Source of the DNA: an uncultured delta proteobacterium | GTDB taxonomy: Bacteria > Myxococcota_A > Polyangia > Polyangiales > Polyangiaceae | Assembly: GCA_963716725.1 (NCBI GenBank) | Contig: CAVQUB010000008.1 | Coordinates: forward strand, 224,001-288,000 | Direction of reading: 5' to 3' | DNA: 64,000 nt | Shown: one piece after another, positions 10,034 through 19,307 of the stretch | Position numbering within the stretch: the stretch's first letter is position 1 | How the letters are laid out: each line of letters opens with the position of its first letter | Made by a program: the position numbers and the translations under genes | The notes under the pieces: generated by a model | Seen by the model: only the letters and a program-made list of their open reading frames with translations | The model's database searches: none | Told to the model about the DNA's origin: nothing

Positions 10034-10141
10034 CGCGGGCCCATACCACGGCCCGCCCGGGGGCCGGAGTGGGCGCGGACCGCCGGCCGGCATCGGCGAG
10101 GGCTTGGCCCTCGCGCTCGGCTCGCCCTAGTCTGGTCGGCG

Positions 10142-10549
10142 ATGAGCACGTCGGACCCTCCCGGAGACCGGCGCCGAGGGGATCGCCTGCCGGTGGAGCT
10201 GAAGGTCGAGTACCGCCGGGTGAACACCTTCTTCGCGGACTACACCAAGAACATCTCCCGCGGCGGCACCTTCATTGCCACCGATCGCCCCTTGCCCGAA
10301 GGGACCGAGTTCGTGTTCGCCCTCGGCGTTCCGCTCATGGCCGAGCCGCTGCGCTTGAACGGACGGGTCTGCTGGGTCGTCTCCACCGACGACGCCACCA
10401 AGGCGAACCCGGCGGGCATGGGGATCGAGTTTCAGTTCGTGGACGATGCCGAGCGGCGAGCCACCGAGCGTACCGTGGAACACCTGCTGGTGGAACAACT
10501 CGGCGAGCACATCGCCGAGAAGCTCTTGGGCAAGAAGATCGAAGACTAG
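10142..10549 (+). CDS. Myxococcal PilZ-domain protein (TIGR02266-like)
   Basis: RRRGDR (RxxxR), NISRGG, GMGIEF. Confidence 0.85.
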   Translation: MSTSDPPGDRRRGDRLPVELKVEYRRVNTFFADYTKNISRGGTFIATDRPLPEGTEFVFALGVPLMAEPLRLNGRVCWVVSTDDATKANPAGMGIEFQFVDDAERRATERTVEHLLVEQLGEHIAEKLLGKKIED

Positions 10550-10571
10550 CGGCGCAGGCTCTACCCTGAGC

Positions 10572-11036
10572 TCACTTGCCGACGAGTCGCTCCAACTGCT
10601 TCTGAGCTTCGTCCTTTGACTTCGTGTGCAGGCTGACCGACAGGAACGTGCTCCCGTCGAGGGTGTAGGCAGCGCCCTCCGCCTCGAGTTGCTGCTTGCG
10701 GCGATCGACGTTCGTCGCCGGATCCTTGTACAAGGCGATGGTCAGGCGCGCGCGCTTCTTGCCGTCCGGCGAGGCAGTGCCGTCGGGGCTCTCTTTGCTG
10801 CAGCTCGCCATGATGTTGGAAAACCCCGTGCTGCTGGAGAAGGTCACGCCGCTGTTCTGCCAGCCGAGCTTCCCGCACGCGTCCCCGATCTCTTCTTTGG
10901 TCAGATCAGCGATCGGCTTCTGAAAAATGGGTGGGCCGCTCGACTCCGCGGAGTCGCCACCGCTGCTCTTCTTGCAGGCGAGCAGCGCAGCGCAGACGCA
11001 AATTACGGTGATGCCAAGGGAGCGGGTCTCGATCAT
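10572..11036 (-). CDS. Hypothetical lipoprotein
   Basis: Lipobox LLAC followed by KKSS. Confidence 0.6.
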   Translation of the reverse strand: MIETRSLGITVICVCAALLACKKSSGGDSAESSGPPIFQKPIADLTKEEIGDACGKLGWQNSGVTFSSSTGFSNIMASCSKESPDGTASPDGKKRARLTIALYKDPATNVDRRKQQLEAEGAAYTLDGSTFLSVSLHTKSKDEAQKQLERLVGK

Positions 11037-11045
11037 GCTCGGAGC

Positions 11046-14000
11046 CTACCGCACCGGTGTCCAGGTGGGGTGTGCTTGGCCGCTCAGGCGCGCGCGCCGT
11101 CGACGAAGCAGCGCCGCGCACGCGAGCGCCGTGAGCCACTCGGCCCCTGAACGCGGCGTGTTCGCCGGAACGCGGCAGCCACAGCCGCCGTCGTCGCCGC
11201 TGCTGTCACCCTTCTTGCCCCCGGTGGAGGTTCCACCTGTAGCGCTGCCGCCCGTCGAGCTGCCGCCTGTAGCGCTGCCGCCCGTAGCGCTGCCGCCCGT
11301 AGCGCTGCCGCCGGTGGCGCCCGAACCGCCGACACCCGAGTCGCTTCCGCCGTCGGCCGCCACGCAGGCGGTCCCGGCGCAGGTGTAGCCCGGTGCGCAG
11401 TCGTTCACTGACGAGCACTGCTGCTGACAAGCCCCACCCAAGCACTTGTACGGGACGCAAGACTGGGTCTGCCCATTCGCAAGCTTGACGGTGGTCGCAT
11501 CCTGGCAGGTGGCAGCGCCGGTCGTGCACTGGCCATTCGACGTATTGCAGGTGGCACCCTGGCTGCAATCCGCGTCGCCGGCGCAGCTGGCCTTGCAGGT
11601 GCCAGCCGTAGAGTTGCAGCCGTAGGGCGCGCAGTTCTTCGTGGTGGGCAGCGCGCACACTCCCACGCCGTCGCAGGTGCCCGCGGGTTGCGAGACGTCG
11701 CCGGTACACGCCGCGTCCTTGCAGGCCGTTCCCGATGCCGGATAGGTGCAGGCGTTCGGGCTGCTGCCGTCACACGCTCCCTTGCACTTGTCGCCAGCGA
11801 CACCCAGGCACTCGGGTCGAGGCTGGCGCGGCACGCCGGACACGATCTTGCACTGCCCGACGCTCCCAGTCTCTGCACAGGCCTGGCACTGACCACTGCA
11901 GGGCGAATCGCAGCAGACGCCGTCTGCACAGAAGCCGCTCTTGCAAGCGTTCGCGGCGGAGCAGCCCTTGCCATTGTCCGACTTGGCCACGCAAGCTCCG
12001 GTCGCGCAGTAGTAGTTCGTCTCACAGTCGGTGTCCGCGACGCAGGGGCTGGAGCAAGCGCTGGCCTTGCAGACGTAGGGCGAGCACGCGACGTCGGTCT
12101 GGGCGGTGCAGAGCCCCGCGCCGTTGCAGATCTTGCCGGTGACGTTGCCGTTGATGCAAGTGGACGGGCCGCAGCTCTTGCCGCTGGCACCCAGCGCGCA
12201 CTGGCCGGGAGTGCCCGAGCACGAGTTCTGCTCGCCGCACGGATCGCTAGAGGTCACGCACTGACTGCCGGGGTTGGTGCCTTGCTTGGCCGCGTTGCAG
12301 GTGCCGCTGTTGGCCGGGTTGGTGTCTTGCTTGTTGCCCGCGGCGCAGGCCATGCACTTGCCAGTGCAGGCCGTGTTGCAGCACACGCCGTCGGCGCAAT
12401 AGGTGGAGGCGCACTCGGCTGAGCTGGTGCAGGTCACGCCGAGGTTCTTCTTGGCCTGACACTTGTTGGTGCTGTCGCAGAAGTGGCCGGCGAGACACTG
12501 GGCGTCGCCGCTGCAAGTTGACGGGCACTGCGCCCCGCCGCCGCATTTGTAGAGGCCGCATTGGCCTGGCGAACCGGCGCTCAGAGCCGTGCAGGTCCCA
12601 TTCTGGGACGCGCCCAACGAAGACGCGCAGACGTCGCAGCCCTCGCCGCAAGTGCTGTCACAGCAGTACGAATCCGAACAGTTTCCGCTCAGGCACTCGC
12701 TGCCGGCCGAGCACGACTGCCCCTTGTTCTTCTTGCAGTTGCCGCTGCCGTCGCAGGCATTGACGGCAGAGCAGGTGCCAAGGTCTTCGGCGTTCTTGAT
12801 CACCGTGTCACAGATGCCCGTCCCCATCGTGCAGGATCGGCAGGGCGTGGTGCAGGCGTCGGAGCAGCACACGCTGTCCACGCAGTTGCCGTTCTTGCAC
12901 TCGGTCGACCCGCTGCAGCTCTGCCCGACCTTCTTCTTGCAGTTGCCGCCGCCGTCACAGCTGTTGTTGCCATTGCACTGGTCGTCGTCCTGGTTGGTCA
13001 CTGGCGTGGTGCATGTGCCCTGGGCGTTGGCGCAGGAAAGGCACGCTCCCGCCGCCGAATTGCACTTCGCGGCCTCCTTGCAGCAGGTATTGTCCACGCA
13101 GGCACCCACCGCGCACTGGCTGCCGGCGCTGCAGCTCTGACCGTCGTTCAGCTTGCACGCGCCGGCCGCGTCGCAGATGTTCGCGCCGCTGCATCCGCTT
13201 GGGTCGGGGGCGCCTTTGATTTGAATGCACTTCCCGGGGAGGTTGGTTCCGTCTGTGAGATTGCAAGACGAGCAGTCGGGGCAGCTCGAGGTCTCGCAGC
13301 AGAAGCCGTCCACGCAATACCCCGTGTCACATTGGGAGCCCGATGTGCATATTCCGCCGAACGCGTGGTATTCCCAGGTCTCGCTCCTCGGAGTGCCTTC
13401 CCCATCCTGGAAGCCACCGAACATCACGGTGCGCCCGCGGTTGGCGTCGAAGGCCATCCCAAAGTTCTGCCGCGGGACGCTGGTGGCGTCGGTCTTGGTC
13501 CAGACCGTGCCGTTCCACTCCCAGGTGTCGCTGAAGCTGTTGGTGGGCGGCGCAGCCCCGTTGTTGCCGCCGAACAGGACGACTTTTCCGCGTCGACTGT
13601 CGTAGGCCATGCCGAAACCGCTGCGAGGCTCCGGCCTCGTGGTGCCGGAGACGCAGCTGGTGCAGGCCTGGGACCAGGTCTGGGTCGCCGAGTCCCAGAG
13701 CCAGGTCTCGGAGCTTAGCCCTGCAGCGTTGCCTCCGAACAGGACGGTCTTGGCGTGCGCTGCGTCGTAGGCCATGGCGTGGCCGAGGCGCGCACTGGGT
13801 TTGGTGGTGCCGGTCACACAAGTCGTGCACTTGGCGGTCCACGTCGTGCCGTTCCACACCCAGGTGTCGTCCAGGAGCGTGCCCTCATAGCCGCCGAAGA
13901 GCACGGTGCCATAGCCGGCGTGATAGGCCATGGCGCTCGACTTGCGGCCGGACGGTCGGAACGGCGCAGCCGTGGGTGTGCAGGTGGCGCATTGCTGCGT

Positions 14001-15113
14001 CCAGTTGGCGCCGTCCCAGAGCCAGGTGTCGCCGGCGCTCGGGTCGGTCGAGCTGTAGCTCGTCTCACCACCAAAGACGAGCACGCCCTTCGTCGAGCCG
14101 TCGTGAAACGCGACGGCGTGCTGGGTGCGGGGAGCGGGACCACAGGCCGCGAGCGGCGATCCGCAGCGCTGCGTCCACGTGGTGCCGTCCCACTCCCAGG
14201 TGTCGTCTCTCTTGGACGCGCCGCCGTGCTGTCCACCGAAGAGCACCGTCACGTTCCGGCTAGGGCGGGGGTCGTAGGCCAGCGGAGCCCACCGAGTGGC
14301 CAGACCAGTCGGCGCCGCGAGGTCGTCCTGCTTCAGCTCCCACAGGTAGCTCTCAATCATGGGATCCAGAAGCACTGGGTACTCGAGCCCTCGGGTGTCG
14401 AGCTCCACGGCCAGCTCGTCGCCAGCGAACGTGAGCTTGGCCTCGCGTCGGGTTCCGGCGCGGTCCAGCGCGAAGGCGGGCAAGATCCGCAGCGCCGCTT
14501 CCCCTTGGGCGTTGACGAAGCGAATGCCTTCGCCCGGCGACTGACGCACTTCCGTGAACGCCGGGCCGCGCACCACCGACCAGGCGAAGCGTCGCGGGGC
14601 GCGCGCGTCGCGCAACAGGAACAGCTGCTCCACCCGGCCCGGCGTGGCCACCACTACGAGATCCGTGGCTGGGTAGGCGTTCTCGTAGGTGACGCGACCC
14701 TCGCTGAGGACGGCCACGGATCCAGTGGCCGCACCCAGGGGTCGAAGCTCGAGTCGATGCCCGTCGCGGCGCGCGACGTTCAGCTCGACGGTGCCGTCCG
14801 CGGTCGCCGGGAGTCGCCCCGCCAGCGAGCCTTCCACGCCGCTCCTCGAACCGGGAGAAGAGAACGCGGTCCCGTCGAGCTGCCACCCCTCGGCGCTCGG
14901 AGCGAGCAGCCGATCGAGCGTTGGATCGGGTCGGGCCAAGGCGCGCACGGAAGCGAGCGCGCCGCTGGGTGTCAGGCCCGCGTCTGGAGTCGTCGCGGGC
15001 TCACTATCGGTGGCCGAGCACGCGGTCGCCGCAACGACGACCAACGGGGCTACTCTCGCGCGCAAGAACCTCAACGCCTCACTGCACCGCATGAACGACC
15101 CTCCGATGTTCAA
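11046..15113 (-). CDS. Large secreted Kelch-like beta-propeller plus Cys-rich repeat protein with MYXO-CTERM
   Basis: Repeats MAYD..VLFGG..DTWxWxG; many Cys-rich CxDxxCC-type repeats; GGSAT linker; GGCGC-hydrophobic-RRRR C-terminus. True start may be 15092. Confidence 0.85.
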   Translation of the reverse strand: MNIGGSFMRCSEALRFLRARVAPLVVVAATACSATDSEPATTPDAGLTPSGALASVRALARPDPTLDRLLAPSAEGWQLDGTAFSSPGSRSGVEGSLAGRLPATADGTVELNVARRDGHRLELRPLGAATGSVAVLSEGRVTYENAYPATDLVVVATPGRVEQLFLLRDARAPRRFAWSVVRGPAFTEVRQSPGEGIRFVNAQGEAALRILPAFALDRAGTRREAKLTFAGDELAVELDTRGLEYPVLLDPMIESYLWELKQDDLAAPTGLATRWAPLAYDPRPSRNVTVLFGGQHGGASKRDDTWEWDGTTWTQRCGSPLAACGPAPRTQHAVAFHDGSTKGVLVFGGETSYSSTDPSAGDTWLWDGANWTQQCATCTPTAAPFRPSGRKSSAMAYHAGYGTVLFGGYEGTLLDDTWVWNGTTWTAKCTTCVTGTTKPSARLGHAMAYDAAHAKTVLFGGNAAGLSSETWLWDSATQTWSQACTSCVSGTTRPEPRSGFGMAYDSRRGKVVLFGGNNGAAPPTNSFSDTWEWNGTVWTKTDATSVPRQNFGMAFDANRGRTVMFGGFQDGEGTPRSETWEYHAFGGICTSGSQCDTGYCVDGFCCETSSCPDCSSCNLTDGTNLPGKCIQIKGAPDPSGCSGANICDAAGACKLNDGQSCSAGSQCAVGACVDNTCCKEAAKCNSAAGACLSCANAQGTCTTPVTNQDDDQCNGNNSCDGGGNCKKKVGQSCSGSTECKNGNCVDSVCCSDACTTPCRSCTMGTGICDTVIKNAEDLGTCSAVNACDGSGNCKKNKGQSCSAGSECLSGNCSDSYCCDSTCGEGCDVCASSLGASQNGTCTALSAGSPGQCGLYKCGGGAQCPSTCSGDAQCLAGHFCDSTNKCQAKKNLGVTCTSSAECASTYCADGVCCNTACTGKCMACAAGNKQDTNPANSGTCNAAKQGTNPGSQCVTSSDPCGEQNSCSGTPGQCALGASGKSCGPSTCINGNVTGKICNGAGLCTAQTDVACSPYVCKASACSSPCVADTDCETNYYCATGACVAKSDNGKGCSAANACKSGFCADGVCCDSPCSGQCQACAETGSVGQCKIVSGVPRQPRPECLGVAGDKCKGACDGSSPNACTYPASGTACKDAACTGDVSQPAGTCDGVGVCALPTTKNCAPYGCNSTAGTCKASCAGDADCSQGATCNTSNGQCTTGAATCQDATTVKLANGQTQSCVPYKCLGGACQQQCSSVNDCAPGYTCAGTACVAADGGSDSGVGGSGATGGSATGGSATGGSATGGSSTGGSATGGTSTGGKKGDSSGDDGGCGCRVPANTPRSGAEWLTALACAALLRRRRARLSGQAHPTWTPVR
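11221..11315 (-). repeat. 15-nt coding tandem repeat (GGSAT linker)
   Basis: gtagcgctgccgccc-type units repeated in-frame. Confidence 0.8.
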
Positions 15114-15276
15114 CCCCGAAGCCCTAGTCTACGGCGCGACCAGAGTCCGAGGCAACGGGCAGTCCGCGCGAACGATTGCTCCTTCGGGGGGTGCGGCAAT
15201 CGGGCGACCCCGCCGAGCAGATTGACAAGCGCCGCCGATCCCGCTCCAGTACCGCCTGCGCGGAAGGGGAAATGCG

Positions 15277-15666
15277 ATGCGAGAGCTCGTGAAAGTGCCG
15301 GAACGATACCGGCCGTTGCTGGGACAGATCTTCGCGGACTACGCCGACGCGGTGCGCGCGATCGAACACGGGCCCGGCAGCGTCTGTCTCGAGGTCGAAT
15401 TCGATCGCGGTGAGACGCTGTGTTGGCACTACCTCGGCGACGGAAAGCGCGAAATCTGCGAGGGCGCGCCCGGTGACAAAGGGCAACCGCTGCTTCACGT
15501 CAAAGTGACGGCCGAGCAGTTGCGCTCGGCGATGGAATCCAAGAAGTCGATCCGCGAAGTAGCTTTCGCCACCAACGTTCAGGTCAAGGGCGACATCGAC
15601 TTCGCGTTCCGCGTGCTCGCGGCGGCCGAGAAGGTGCGTTCTCACAACCTGCGGAAGGAGTGCTGA
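15277..15666 (+). CDS. SCP2 sterol/lipid-binding-domain-like protein
   Basis: C-terminal pattern VTAEQL..AF..VQVKGDIDFAFRV typical of SCP2; purine-rich RBS upstream. Confidence 0.6.
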   Translation: MRELVKVPERYRPLLGQIFADYADAVRAIEHGPGSVCLEVEFDRGETLCWHYLGDGKREICEGAPGDKGQPLLHVKVTAEQLRSAMESKKSIREVAFATNVQVKGDIDFAFRVLAAAEKVRSHNLRKEC

Positions 15667-16587
15667 GTGGCTTTCGTCGAAGACTTGGTGCAGGAAGTCG
15701 TCGTCGCCGGCGGGTCCTGCTGTTTCTGGGTGGGACCGAGCCGGTCCAACTCGCAGCTCTTCGCCATCGGCCTGAACGGCACCGTCCCGCAGGCCGCGAA
15801 CAACGGCGCGGCGGTCAGCCTGGTCATCACCGCTGAGCTGTGCAGGCTCAAGCTGAAGGTGACGACGGACGATGCGAGCGGACGCCTCACCAACGTCAGC
15901 TGCAAGCAGTCGTCGGTGGACCTCAGCGCCGTGTCGGACCAATCGCCGTACGTGTTGAAGGGCGCGATGGGTGACTACGCGCCGCGGATCCACAACCACA
16001 ACGACTTGTATTCGCAGCTCGGGCACAACCACGACGGCAGCTATTCGGGGCTCGGGCACAACCACGACGGCAGCTATTCGGGGCTTGGGCACAACCACGA
16101 CGGCAGCTATTCGGGGCTTGGGCACAACCACGACGGCAGCTATTCGGGGCTTGGGCACGGCCACGACGGCAGCTATTCGGGGCTCGGGCACAACCACAAC
16201 CACAACCTTCTGACCAACCGTCTGCCCAGGGAGCACACGCTCGCCTTCGAGACGCGGCTCGTTCGGCAGGTTCCGCAGGGCGTGCCGTTGCAAGAGCTGA
16301 TCGCGACGTCGCCCGAGTTCGCGTCGCTGGTCACGGAGCTCGGAGGCTTACCCCTCGCCGCATACGTTGCACGAAACGGCATCTCTTCGGTCTCCGCCAT
16401 GGTCACGGAGTTTGGCGTGGTGACCCGAGTGCTCGCTGGCATCTTGGTACGCAACGAGACTGCGCCAGATCTGCGCTGGAACCTCCGCGTCTTCTACACC
16501 TCGACGGAAGCGCAATACTCTCGGCCCTCAGGCATCTCGACCGAAGATCTGCATCTGTTCGTGACGACGCACCTGAACGCGCCCTGA
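15667..16587 (+). CDS. Hypothetical protein with HNHDGSYSGLG repeats (tail-fibre-like HxH repeats)
   Basis: GTG directly after the SCP2 stop; seven HxH units at 11-aa spacing. Confidence 0.7.
   Translation: MAFVEDLVQEVVVAGGSCCFWVGPSRSNSQLFAIGLNGTVPQAANNGAAVSLVITAELCRLKLKVTTDDASGRLTNVSCKQSSVDLSAVSDQSPYVLKGAMGDYAPRIHNHNDLYSQLGHNHDGSYSGLGHNHDGSYSGLGHNHDGSYSGLGHNHDGSYSGLGHGHDGSYSGLGHNHNHNLLTNRLPREHTLAFETRLVRQVPQGVPLQELIATSPEFASLVTELGGLPLAAYVARNGISSVSAMVTEFGVVTRVLAGILVRNETAPDLRWNLRVFYTSTEAQYSRPSGISTEDLHLFVTTHLNAP
15991..16206 (+). repeat. 33-nt coding tandem repeat, about 6.5 copies
   Basis: Units start at 15991, 16024, 16057, 16090, 16123, 16156, 16189; consensus cacaaccacgacggcagctattcggggct(c/t)ggg. 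Confidence 0.95.
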
Positions 16588-16738
16588 CGCGGGCAAGCTC
16601 TCGTTGGGAGATCAGCCGGAAGCGAACCGCGTGCACCCCGGCTGTGCCTGGCGTCCCGTCGGTGGTCGCGGGTCGAATTCGCTGCGGCGAGGCGGGCGCG
16701 TGGACGCGGCCACGTTCCCGGCGTAGATCTGGGACGGG

Positions 16739-18229
16739 ATGAGCCGAGAGCTCTTGGTGGCAGGGCAACTCTTCGCGGGGCGCTACAAGATAGAACGCTT
16801 CCTCGCCGAGGGTGGCTTCGGTGCGGTGTACGTCGCAGAGCAGCTGGCGACGGAGGCCCGCGTCGCGGTCAAGGTGCTCTGGCCCCACGTGCTCCAAGCC
16901 AAAGACGCGGTCGAAAAATTCGAGCAAGAGGCGCGCATCGCCGGGCGCGTCAACAGCGAGCACATCGTGCGCGTCGTCGACGCCGGGTACGACGAAGCGA
17001 CCGAGATGCCGTTCATGGTGATGGAGCTCTTGATCGGCGAAGACCTCGGGCACACCGTCGAGAGGCAGGGTGCTCTCGCGCCGGATCTCGTCGTGGAGTA
17101 CCTGCGCCAGACCGCGTCGGCCCTCGACCGCGCGCACGGCTACAAGGACCGCGATGGTGCGTTGCGACCCATCATCCACCGGGACCTCAAGCCGGAGAAC
17201 ATCTTCGTCGCGCGCCGCGACAATGGCGAGACCGTGATCAAGGTGCTCGACTTCGGCATCGCCAAGGTGCTCGGCGCGACCTCGAACGTTTCGCAGGAGG
17301 TCAAAGGCACTCCGCTCTACATGGCGTTCGAGCAAGCGGGCGTAGGGACGATTTCGCCCCGCACCGACGTATGGGCGCTGGGCCTCATCGCCTTTTACAT
17401 CTTGACCGGTCAGAGCTACTGGCGAACCGCGAACACGGCCGAAGGTTCCCTCACCCAGCTCTTCGGCGAAGTGCTGTCGTTGCCCATCGTCCCGCCGAGC
17501 CAACGACTGACCGAGCTCGGTCGACCCGCGAATTTGCCGGCCGCATTCGACCCCTGGTTCCTCGGCTGCGTGAATCGTGACCCCGATCAGCGCTTTGCCT
17601 CTGCGGGCGCCGCCATCGCGGCGCTTGGAGAGGTGTTTGGCATTGTGGCGGTCGGCTCGCGCTCGGCGCCCAGTCTCACTGGCCTGCCCGCGCTGGGCGA
17701 CGGACGGGCCGCGTTCGCCACGCCGGTGGCCGCTGCGGTGACCCACCCGTCCGGGCGCGACGTCGGAACCCTGCTCTCGGCTCGACCGCTGGCGGGGACG
17801 GTGACCGCGCTCGCTGTCTCCGGCAACGTCGCCACGCCCAGCACGAAGCGGAGCGGGCTCATTCCGAGCCTGGCGGTGCTGGGCGGGTTGGTCGTACTGG
17901 CGGTGATCGTCGTCGTCGTCGTCGTCTTCGCGCGAGCGAACGGGGGCACGCCCGCGGCCGGCGCCGACACCGCGGTCGTTCTGGCAAGCACCCCGCCACC
18001 GCCGAGCGATTCCGCAGCCGCAGTCGAGGTCACACCCGCCACGCCGCCGCTGGACAGCGCAGCCAAAACGCCAGAAGTTGCCTCCGCCAAACCGGCTGTG
18101 GCGGTCGCGGAGACCGCGAAGGCCGCCCCCCCGAGCAAGTCTTCTGCACCGACTCCGTCCGCCGCCCCCACTGCCAGCACGAAGCCCACCACGCCCGTCA
18201 AGGATCCCTCGCTGTATGGTGAACGCTAG
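16739..18229 (+). CDS. Membrane Ser/Thr protein kinase
   Basis: EGGFGAVY, VAVK, HRDLKPEN, DFG, TM segment, Pro/Ala-rich tail. Confidence 0.92.
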   Translation: MSRELLVAGQLFAGRYKIERFLAEGGFGAVYVAEQLATEARVAVKVLWPHVLQAKDAVEKFEQEARIAGRVNSEHIVRVVDAGYDEATEMPFMVMELLIGEDLGHTVERQGALAPDLVVEYLRQTASALDRAHGYKDRDGALRPIIHRDLKPENIFVARRDNGETVIKVLDFGIAKVLGATSNVSQEVKGTPLYMAFEQAGVGTISPRTDVWALGLIAFYILTGQSYWRTANTAEGSLTQLFGEVLSLPIVPPSQRLTELGRPANLPAAFDPWFLGCVNRDPDQRFASAGAAIAALGEVFGIVAVGSRSAPSLTGLPALGDGRAAFATPVAAAVTHPSGRDVGTLLSARPLAGTVTALAVSGNVATPSTKRSGLIPSLAVLGGLVVLAVIVVVVVVFARANGGTPAAGADTAVVLASTPPPPSDSAAAVEVTPATPPLDSAAKTPEVASAKPAVAVAETAKAAPPSKSSAPTPSAAPTASTKPTTPVKDPSLYGER

Positions 18230-18630
18230 CTCCTGGTTCGCGCGCCTATCCGTCGTCGCGCTGCTCTCGACCCCTGGTATCGCAATCGCTCAGGGCAACG
18301 TCTCCGGCGACGCGCGCTGAATGCGAGAGCTTCTGCACTGCGGCCCCCGCCAAGCCCAGCAATTGCGATTGGAACAAGAGCTGCGACGCGCCTGAAAAGA
18401 AGCAGGGGAGCCCGTGTCTGGGTCCGGGCGAGGTCGACGATGCGGGCGCGGACGCTGCCACCCTGCCCGGTAACCTGCCAGTCACCTGCGTGGACTGGTG
18501 CGACGCCTATGGCTTCTGCGCAGCCGCGGGCAAGACGCTGTGTCCGGGCACGTTCGCGAAGCAGGGCGCGTGGTACGACGTGTGCTCGTCGAACGGGCAG
18601 AATCCCTGCCCGTGTCTCGGGAACCACAGC
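18216..18630 (+). pseudogene. Frameshifted, 3'-truncated Cys-rich secreted protein remnant
   Basis: Signal peptide MVNASSWFARLSVVALL..IAQ stops at 18320; the +1 frame continues AECESFC..CDWNKSC..CPCLG and then runs into antisense response-regulator sequence. Confidence 0.55.
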
Positions 18631-19160
18631 CCGCGGTTGTACGCGGTTGCGACGGTCGTAGAGCGTGAGGAGCAACCGGAGCTCGAGGGTGGTCAGCTCG
18701 ATCTCCTTGCCCGCGACCCAGGTTCGATGCGCGCCACGGTCGATCTTCAACCTTCCAAACTCGACCACGCCGTTGGTGTTGGGAGCGGTTCCCCCGGTGC
18801 GTCGCAGCACGGCGCGGATCCGCAGCAGCAGCTCACGCACGCTGAAGGGCTTCGTGACGTAGTCGTCGGCGCCCAGCTCGAAGCCGACCACCCGATCGAT
18901 CTCGTGGTCCCGCGCCGTCAGCATGACGACCGCGACGCCTCGGGTCTGCGGGTCCGACTTGATGGCGCGGCACACCTCCGTGCCTGGAGGTCCGGCAGCA
19001 TCAGGTCCAAGAGCACCAGATCCGGGTGACGGGAACGGACCAGCTCCAACCCCTCGTGCCCACCGGACGCCAAGCACACGTCGTGCCCCGCCTCTCTGAG
19101 GTTGTACTCGAGCACTTCTCGGGTGTCGGCCTCGTCGTCGACGACGACAATCGTGCCCAT
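18630..19160 (-). pseudogene. PhoB/OmpR-family response regulator, frameshifted (~18987) and truncated in the winged helix
   Basis: VVVDD..LLDLMLPDL in one frame; PGTEVC..MLTAR..GADDYVTKPF..ELTTLE..NRVQ in another; no recognition helix follows. Confidence 0.8.
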
Positions 19161-19185
19161 GCGGGCCTAGAGCTAGCGGCGCAGT

Positions 19186-19214
19186 GTGACTCGTTGGTGA
19201 CAACCGAGTGGCAG
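19186..19214 (-). promoter_or_regulatory. Pho-box-like array (three 11-bp direct repeats) upstream of the response regulator
   Basis: Minus strand reads CTGCCAC-tcgg-TTGTCAC-caac-GAGTCAC. Confidence 0.65.
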
Positions 19215-19239
19215 GTTGCGAACAAGCGCGCTTCGCGGG

Positions 19240-19279
19240 GGTTCACCTCGTTTTTGCGCGGCTGCCACGAAAAAGTCAT
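19240..19279 (+). promoter_or_regulatory. Pho-box-like array upstream of tonB
   Basis: GGTTCAC (19240), CTGCCAC (19262), AAGTCAT (19273) in 11-bp phase. Confidence 0.6.
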
Positions 19280-19307
19280 CGAGCGGCGGCACGCTCCCGG
19301 CACTGCC

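Noticed and set aside
15991..16206. 33-nt repeats as a CRISPR array
   Set aside because: Head-to-tail with no spacers, in-frame coding, and no cas genes in the window
15277..16587. Prophage
   Set aside because: No integrase, capsid, terminase or other phage genes nearby
18226..19203. 325-aa ORF as an intact response regulator
   Set aside because: Only its middle part is regulator-like; the true N-terminus is in another frame and the C-terminus is antisense of the Cys-rich remnant
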